This document shows positions 27,401 to 32,000 of a DNA stretch of 32,000 nt, one piece after another. The stretch spans positions 1,530,001 through 1,562,000 of the forward strand of contig NZ_CP089976.1 of assembly GCF_022701215.1 (NCBI RefSeq), written 5' to 3'. Numbering within the stretch: position 1 is the first letter of the stretch; every line of letters starts with the position of its first letter. Under the pieces are notes generated by a model. It was not told the origin of the DNA. It did no database searches and saw nothing but the letters and a program-made list of their open reading frames with translations. A program made the translations under genes and the position numbers. The stretch is from Moraxella nasovis (GTDB taxonomy: Bacteria > Pseudomonadota > Gammaproteobacteria > Pseudomonadales > Moraxellaceae).

Positions 27401-28784
27401 TGCCACTAAATCTGAGGTTGAGTTTGATAAAGTCACCTCAAAAGAAGTTGTTGTGCCAACAAAGGATGAAGATAACCCAAATGCTGCTCCAATCACCATC
27501 AATAAAGACGGTATTAAAGCAGGCAACAAAGCAATCACCAATGTAGCTGGCAACCTAGCTGGAGCAAAAGAAGGTACCCAAGCACCGACGATAGTTGGTA
27601 CTGCCCCTGCTGATAAAGACACCATCAAAAACAACGCAGCCACTGTGGGCGATGTATTAAATGCTGGGTTTAACCTAAAAGTTAAAAATGGTAATACAGC
27701 AGCACAAGAAAAAGACTTTGTTACCGCTTATGACAACGTCATCTTTGCTGATGGCAGTGGCACCACGGCTAGCGTGGAAACAGACGGTAAAACTTCTACC
27801 ATCAAATATGATGTCAATGCTGGCAATGGTTTAGAAGTAGGCACTGATGGCAATCTAACTGTTAAACCAAAAGCAAAAGGCGGTATTACTGTCGATGGTG
27901 ATGGCGTAAGTGTGAATGTTGATAACAGCACTATCACAATAGAAGATGGCAAACTAAAAGCCAACTTTACCGACACCAATACAGTAACGACCTTGTCTGA
28001 TGGTAATCTAACTACTGTGGTAGACACACCTGAAAATGGCAACCACGCCTATAAAGTTAATGTTACCACAGCTGACATCACGTCTGATCCAGCTACCGGT
28101 GCTATCACCGACCCAAAAACTGACGGTGTGGCAACCGCTATCAATGTAGCGAATGCAATTAAAAACTCAGGCTTTAAACTGACATCATCAGCTGAAGGCG
28201 GTGAGAAAGACACAGGTTCAATAGCTAATCCTGAAATCATCAATCCTGCTGACACAGTAGAAATGGTTGCAGGCAAAAACCTAACTGTTAAGCAAGAGGC
28301 GAACGGCAAGATTACCTATGCCACCAAAGATGATGTGAGCTTTAATAGTGTTAATATTGGCGATGCACAAGTAACACTAACTAGCAATATAAATGAGCAA
28401 GATGGTGGGCGTGAATTGTCTGTTGGTACTAAAACTTCACCAACTCGCATTACCAATGTTGCACCAGGCATCAATACAACTGATGCAGTCAATGTAGGTC
28501 AGCTAAATCATATGGCGAACATGATTAACAATCGTATTGGCGATGTTGAGAATAATGCTAATGCAGGTGTTTCATCATCAATGGCGATGGCAACTTTACC
28601 ACAAGCCTATATCCCAGGTAAGTCAATGCTGACAGGCGGTATAGCAAGCTATAATGGTCAAGGTGCAGTTGCAGTTGGTTTCTCAAAACTATCTGACAAT
28701 GGTCGCTGGGTCTTAAAGATGTCTGGCTCTGCTGATACCCAAGGTAATGCGGGCGGTGCAGTCGGTGCAGGCTTTCACTTTTAA
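24492..28784 (+). CDS. Trimeric autotransporter adhesin (YadA/Hia/UspA-Hag class)
   Basis: ESPR-type extended signal peptide MNKIYKIVWNSATATWTVVSEYARGKG. A long repetitive passenger contains ITNVA and AVNVGQL neck-like motifs. The C-terminal YadA-type anchor is ...GVSSSMAMATLPQA...GGIASYNGQGAVAVGFS...GAVGAGFHF. Confidence 0.92.
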   Translation: MNKIYKIVWNSATATWTVVSEYARGKGKTKSAKKLALAVATTAMLSGTAMAQASSAVKTDNQTIKVNQDGNIAAITGGLTPLEETNDRGTQFQNAGGGGSALMTVGSVATALNSMKLGVKAEANGGAATGNEKTAHITLAGTILRLKAGEGIKIDQANRDTSFTFSTIPEPRRLLSNNPDNGVVSANTPDLKLPENLQPLDELKTKVDEATGPKLNRLKPQFWDKAIDYVNTLPLAERPENWANLNEDDQAVAAEELVRRKLADEKAKIAAAKQGLDNQLTTAATVRDAINNSGFLATSSKSEGGEIDEANKKDHLIKTGETLTLDAGKNMKIVQKDGKFTFATKAEVEFDKVTSKEVVVPTKDEDNPNAAPITINKDGIKAGNKAITNVAGNLAGAKEGTQAPTIVGTAPADKDTIKNNAATVGDVLNAGFNLKVKNGNTAAQEKDFVTAYDNVIFADGSGTIASVVVSDEGKTSTIKYDVNAGDGIEVVDGKVKVKPKTENNKNVSGLIVDTNGVSVNVDNSTITIEDGKLKANFKDTDTNNITTLANGNLTTVKDSGTDGNHAYEVNVTTADITSDPATGAITAPKTDGVATAINVANAIKNAGFKLTSSAEGGEKDTGSIANPEIINPADTVEMVAGKNLTVKQEANGKITYATKSEVEFDKVTSKEVVVPTKDEDNPNAAPITINKDGIKAGNKAITNVAGNLAGAKEGTQAPTIVGTAPADKDTIKNNAATVGDVLNAGFNLKVKNGNTAAQEKDFVTAYDNVIFADGSGTIASVVVSDEGKTSTIKYDVNAGDGIEVVDGKVKVKPKTENNKNVSGLIVDTNGVSVNVDNSTITIEDGKLKANFKDTDTNNITTLANGNLTTVKDSGTDGNHAYEVNVTTADITSDPATGAITAPKTDGVATAINVANAIKNAGFKLTSSAEGGEKDTGSIANPEIINPADTVEMVAGKNLTVKQEANGKITYATKSEVEFDKVTSKEVVVPTKDEDNPNAAPITINKDGIKAGNKAITNVAGNLAGAKEGTQAPTIVGTAPADKDTIKNNAATVGDVLNAGFNLKVKNGNTAAQEKDFVTAYDNVIFADGSGTTASVETDGKTSTIKYDVNAGNGLEVGTDGNLTVKPKAKGGITVDGDGVSVNVDNSTITIEDGKLKANFTDTNTVTTLSDGNLTTVVDTPENGNHAYKVNVTTADITSDPATGAITDPKTDGVATAINVANAIKNSGFKLTSSAEGGEKDTGSIANPEIINPADTVEMVAGKNLTVKQEANGKITYATKDDVSFNSVNIGDAQVTLTSNINEQDGGRELSVGTKTSPTRITNVAPGINTTDAVNVGQLNHMANMINNRIGDVENNANAGVSSSMAMATLPQAYIPGKSMLTGGIASYNGQGAVAVGFSKLSDNGRWVLKMSGSADTQGNAGGAVGAGFHF
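25533..28334 (+). repeat. Three in-frame tandem repeats of 942 bp (314 codons) inside the adhesin gene
   Basis: Units are 25533-26474, 26475-27416 and 27417-28334. My base-by-base comparison found units 1 and 2 identical, and identity continues into unit 3 up to 27763. The rest of unit 3 is diverged and 8 codons shorter. A degenerate partial copy precedes unit 1 (about 25350-25529). Confidence 0.9.
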
Positions 28785-28798
28785 TTAATCAATCCAGT

Positions 28799-28831
28799 TG
28801 TAAAGATGTGGTACAATGCCATATCTTTACA
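28799..28831 (+). terminator. Strong intercistronic stem-loop between the adhesin gene and the tpgA-like gene (partial terminator or 3'-end stabiliser)
   Basis: 13-bp stem TGTAAAGATGTGG / CCATATCTTTACA (one G-U pair) with loop TACAATG, followed by TAAAATTTT, which is not a clean U-run. Confidence 0.45.
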
Positions 28832-28856
28832 TAAAATTTTAATCTAAGGATTACAT

Positions 28857-29816
28857 ATGAAAAAACTAACTGCTCTAAGTGCGTTAAGCATTGCCGCTTT
28901 TGCCTTAACAGGCTGTATGGGTACTAAGGCGATTAGCCAAAATATCACAGAACAAGGCACGATCGCAGCTGAGGACATCTACTTTCCTAAGCTAGATAGT
29001 GCATGGCAAAAAGATGGTCAATTCCCAAACCGTGAAAACCTATCAAAAATTCGTGCGGGTGTGGCAAAAGATGAGTTATATCAGCTTATTGGTCGTCCGC
29101 ATTTTAACGAAGCAAATAAAGCTCGTGAATGGGACTATATCTTAAAGTTTCATCGCCCTGATGATAGTGTACAGGTTTGTCAATATAAAGTTATCTTTGA
29201 TAAAGATTACCGTGGTCAAGAGTTCTACTGGCTACCTGCTGACTGTGCTGCATACGCAAAACCACCAGCAACCCCAGCACCTGTGATTGTTCATCAGCCT
29301 GCACCACCGCCTGTGATTATCCATCAGCCTGCACCACAACCAACCCCAATCGTTAATGAGCGTATTCGTCTAGAGGCAGATGCACTGTTTAAGTTTGATA
29401 AATACAAGCTAGAAGACATGCTTCCTGCGGGACGCGCAACGCTTGATGAGCTTGCTGTTAAGCTGCTTGATTGGCAAAGCCGTGGCGACAGTCGCATTCA
29501 GCTTGTAGGTCACACCGACCGCTATGCCAGCGAAGAATATAACCAAACGCTGTCAGAACGCCGTGCGATGACAGTGCGTAATTACTTGGTTAGTAAAGGC
29601 ATTAATCCTACTACCATCACTGCAGCAGGAGCAGGTGAGCTTCAGCCACTACCAGAAGTAGTCTGTAGCACAACTGCACCAAAACAAGAGCAAGTTCGCT
29701 GCTTACAGCCAAACCGCCGTGTAGAAGTGGCTGTGCAGGTGTATGCCAGAACTGAGAATGGCTCTCAGTTAATTGAGATGGATAAGCAATATAATAATTT
29801 TAACCAAGCTCAATAA
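28857..29816 (+). CDS. TpgA-like lipoprotein: SmpA/OmlA(BamE)-like N-domain, Pro-rich linker, OmpA_C peptidoglycan-binding domain
   Basis: AAGGA Shine-Dalgarno and lipobox LTGC. The N-domain reads VAKDELYQLIGRPHF...WDYILKF...VIFD. The linker is VIVHQPAPPPVIIHQPAPQP. The OmpA_C motifs are LVGHTDRYASEEYNQTLSERRA and NRRVEV. Confidence 0.75.
   Translation: MKKLTALSALSIAAFALTGCMGTKAISQNITEQGTIAAEDIYFPKLDSAWQKDGQFPNRENLSKIRAGVAKDELYQLIGRPHFNEANKAREWDYILKFHRPDDSVQVCQYKVIFDKDYRGQEFYWLPADCAAYAKPPATPAPVIVHQPAPPPVIIHQPAPQPTPIVNERIRLEADALFKFDKYKLEDMLPAGRATLDELAVKLLDWQSRGDSRIQLVGHTDRYASEEYNQTLSERRAMTVRNYLVSKGINPTTITAAGAGELQPLPEVVCSTTAPKQEQVRCLQPNRRVEVAVQVYARTENGSQLIEMDKQYNNFNQAQ
29280..29339 (+). repeat. 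Two tandem 30-bp units encoding the Pro-rich linker PVI(V/I)HQPAP(P/Q)
   Basis: CCTGTGATTGTTCATCAGCCTGCACCACCG and CCTGTGATTATCCATCAGCCTGCACCACAA are identical at 26 of 30 positions. Confidence 0.85.
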
Positions 29817-29821
29817 TCCAT

Positions 29822-29870
29822 AAGACAAAAGACCCCTTGCTATACGGCACAGGGGTTTTTTTATGTCTTA
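29822..29870. terminator. Bidirectional rho-independent terminator (tpgA-like / SCP2 gene)
   Basis: AAGACAAAAGACCCCTTGC..GCACAGGGGTTTTTTTATGTCTT has a GC-rich stem, T7, and an outer AAGACA/TGTCTT pairing. Confidence 0.7.
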
Positions 29871-29915
29871 AGCTAAATAAAAAATACCATTAATAACGTC
29901 TTTTGGTGAAAGGCT

Positions 29916-30299
29916 TTAGGTAAATTCTGTCATTGCTAAAATCTGTCCATATAAGGCTTTTTGTTCTTGGCTTGGCTTGGCTGACTGCAGTGCCATGACA
30001 GATGTCATATCCCCGTGTACTCGGATTTTACCTGTCATAAAAGCTTCAATCGCAAGATTTGTATCTTTGGTTTTGATGATTTGGTTGAGTGTATCGCCAT
30101 CAATTGTAATACTGCTTGTGGCATTTTGAGTTAGACCCTGATAAAGCTTACCATTTTTTAGGTGAAGATCGGCATTAGTGCCTGTAACGGTGACGTTAAT
30201 GATGAGATTTGATAAGCTAGGCGGTAGATTTAGTTCGCCTGCAGATTCATTAAGCTCATCAATTTGATTAAACCAAGCTTGACTTAGAAATTTTGCCAT
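29916..30299 (-). CDS. SCP2 sterol-carrier-like domain protein
   Basis: 127 aa with the pattern SQAWF...INVTVTG...LHLKNGKL...ITIDGDTLNQII...AFMTGKIRVHGDMTSVMAL, typical of bacterial SCP2 domains. Confidence 0.65.
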   Translation of the reverse strand: MAKFLSQAWFNQIDELNESAGELNLPPSLSNLIINVTVTGTNADLHLKNGKLYQGLTQNATSSITIDGDTLNQIIKTKDTNLAIEAFMTGKIRVHGDMTSVMALQSAKPSQEQKALYGQILAMTEFT

Positions 30300-30867
30300 G
30301 TGAAATATAAACTCTTTAATGGAAGATTAGTATTTTATTATAAGCCAAAAATCAATAATAGGGTGTAGTTTTTTAAAACATCTATTAGGATGGGTAGCTT
30401 TCATCAAAAAGATTGCCATTTAAGCATTAAATAAAGCATTTAAATGGTGCTAGGTGTGTAAGTTTTATCAAAAAATTGCAAAATGCAGTAAATTTTTGAC
30501 GTTTTTTTTACAAAACATGGGGGAAAAATTACATTTGTGTTGTATTGTGTTGTATAATATAGGGTGAAAATTGAAAGTAATACCACATTGTCATTGTGGA
30601 TTTAGACATAAAAGGACTAAAAGTCGCTTTTATCGTTATAGTAATGCAAGCCAAGCCATCAAAGCATCATCTTAATTAGATGGTCAAGCAAGCAAACAAA
30701 AAATCATCAGCACTGCCGTTCATTGCTATTTGTTTACTTGTGAGCTAGATTGTAGGCAAGGCAAGTCATTAAAACCAATTAAAATTAATAAATAGTTCAT
30801 TCACTTGCGACATTTCTTGTAAGAAGAATGAAACACAAATAAATCGGGCTGCACAGGAAACTATCCA

Positions 30868-32000
30868 ATGAGTCTATCTAAAACAGCATTAGCTCCGATT
30901 AACATTGACCATGAATACGAAATCACTATCGTGCGTTTTTTCACCATCATGGCAGTTATTTGGGGTATTATCGGCATGGCTGTGGGCGTATTTATCGCAT
31001 CTCAGCTTGCATGGCCGGTACTCAACTTTGACACCGCTTGGCTATCATTTGGACGCCTAAGACCGCTACATACGAATGCGGTGATTTTTGCGTTTGGTGG
31101 TTCAGCACTTTTTGCAACTTCGTATTACATCGTACAGCGTACATGTAAGACTCGACTATTTGCACCTTATCTTGCTTGGTTCACCTTTTGGGGTTGGCAA
31201 GCGATTATCGTATCAGCAGTTATTACTTTGCCTTTGGGGATTACTTCTGCCAAAGAGTATGCTGAGCTTGAATGGCCGATCGACATCGCCATTGCATTAG
31301 TATGGGTATCTTATGCCATCGTATTCTTTGGTACGTTAATGAAGCGTAAGACTTCCCATATCTATGTAGCAAACTGGTTTTTTGCGGCATTTATCATCAC
31401 CATTGCTTTGCTTCACATTGTTAATAACCTAGCCGTTCCTGTGGGATTTTGGAAAGCATACTCCCTATATGGTGGAGCGACTGATGCGATGGTTCAGTGG
31501 TGGTATGGACATAATGCGGTAGGTTTCTACTTAACGGCAGCATTCTTAGGTATGATGTATTACTTCATTCCTGTTCAGATTGGTCGCCCTGTGTACTCGT
31601 ATCGCTTATCTATTGTTCACTTTTGGGCATTGATTGCATCATATATGTGGGCAGGTGGTCACCATCTACACTATTCAGCACTGCCTGACTGGACTCAGTC
31701 TTTGGGCATGGTGTTCTCATTAATCCTATTTGCACCATCTTGGGGTGGTATGATTAACGGCGTGTTAACTCTATCTGGTAGCTGGGATAAGTTACGTACA
31801 GACCCAATCATCCGTTTTTTGATTGTGGCATTGTCATTTTATGCGATGAGTACCTTTGAAGGTCCGATGTTGTCTATCAAGGCGGTGAACGCTATTAGCC
31901 ATGACACAGACTGGACAGTAGGGCACGTTCACTCAGGTGCGTTAGGTTGGGTTGGTATGATTACCATCGGCTCTATCTATGTGCTATTGCCACGTATTTG
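30868..32000 (+). CDS. ccoN: cbb3-type cytochrome c oxidase subunit I (5' partial, continues beyond window)
   Basis: My own translation from the ATG at 30868 is open to the window end, so it is absent from the ORF track. It contains [33 protein letters not shown] and [14 protein letters not shown]. Confidence 0.9.
   Translation, partial: MSLSKTALAPINIDHEYEITIVRFFTIMAVIWGIIGMAVGVFIASQLAWPVLNFDTAWLSFGRLRPLHTNAVIFAFGGSALFATSYYIVQRTCKTRLFAPYLAWFTFWGWQAIIVSAVITLPLGITSAKEYAELEWPIDIAIALVWVSYAIVFFGTLMKRKTSHIYVANWFFAAFIITIALLHIVNNLAVPVGFWKAYSLYGGATDAMVQWWYGHNAVGFYLTAAFLGMMYYFIPVQIGRPVYSYRLSIVHFWALIASYMWAGGHHLHYSALPDWTQSLGMVFSLILFAPSWGGMINGVLTLSGSWDKLRTDPIIRFLIVALSFYAMSTFEGPMLSIKAVNAISHDTDWTVGHVHSGALGWVGMITIGSIYVLLPRI

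Noticed and set aside
24692-28309. A series of minus-strand ORFs (74-120 aa) inside the adhesin gene, several occurring as identical copies 942 bp apart.
   Set aside because: They are antisense shadows of the repetitive, Ala/Thr/Gly/Val-rich plus-strand frame. Their duplication simply mirrors the 942-bp repeats. None has an independent start context, and their sequences are low-complexity.
25533-28334. Could the regular repeats be a CRISPR array or other noncoding repeat array?
   Set aside because: The period is 942 bp and there is no repeat-spacer structure. The repeats are in frame within a continuous 1430-codon ORF that has a signal peptide and a YadA anchor.
30300-30867. FNR/ANR box upstream of ccoN.
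   Set aside because: There is no TTGAT on the plus strand in this interval. The best half-site combinations match at most 2-3 of 5 positions in the second half, so I do not call one.
31088-31300. A 70-aa plus-strand ORF listed in the track.
   Set aside because: It lies out of frame inside ccoN, whose frame from 30868 is open to the window end and carries canonical cbb3 subunit I motifs.

Overview
This window looks like a chromosomal segment from a Moraxellaceae-type gammaproteobacterium, best guess Moraxella. That guess is an inference from hand-counted G+C of about 40-48% in core genes, the protein N-termini, and an ESPR-type trimeric autotransporter with an upstream poly-G tract. Most of the window is ordinary housekeeping: yffB-like, argB, dut, lrgAB, htpX, a lytic transglycosylase, a tRNA(CAT), a GNAT, pterin dehydratase, parC, purH, prmA, mrcB, a ccoI-type P-type ATPase, a DASS transporter, a BI-1-like protein, nadK, yeaC-like, an SCP2 protein, and the 5' part of ccoN, which runs off the window end and is missing from the ORF track.

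Three parts look accessory:
1. An A+T-rich gene (4292-5533) encodes an NYN/PIN-like nuclease domain followed by about 290 aa of internally repeated sequence I cannot place. It starts 13 bp after lrgB and appears to be the last gene of the lrgAB transcription unit. This is my best candidate for something undescribed.
2. An adhesin locus spans 23.1-29.9 kb. It contains a toxin-first higBA-like module with a palindromic operator over its -10 and a 740-bp noncoding leader carrying a G9AG5 tract. These are followed by a 1430-aa trimeric autotransporter with three 942-bp tandem repeats, two of them nucleotide-identical, and a TpgA-like SmpA/OmlA+OmpA_C lipoprotein.
3. An orphan TbpB-barrel-type surface lipoprotein lies at 739-1494.

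I found no CRISPR array, integrase, transposase or rRNA. All family assignments come from motif recognition by eye, and no searches were run.
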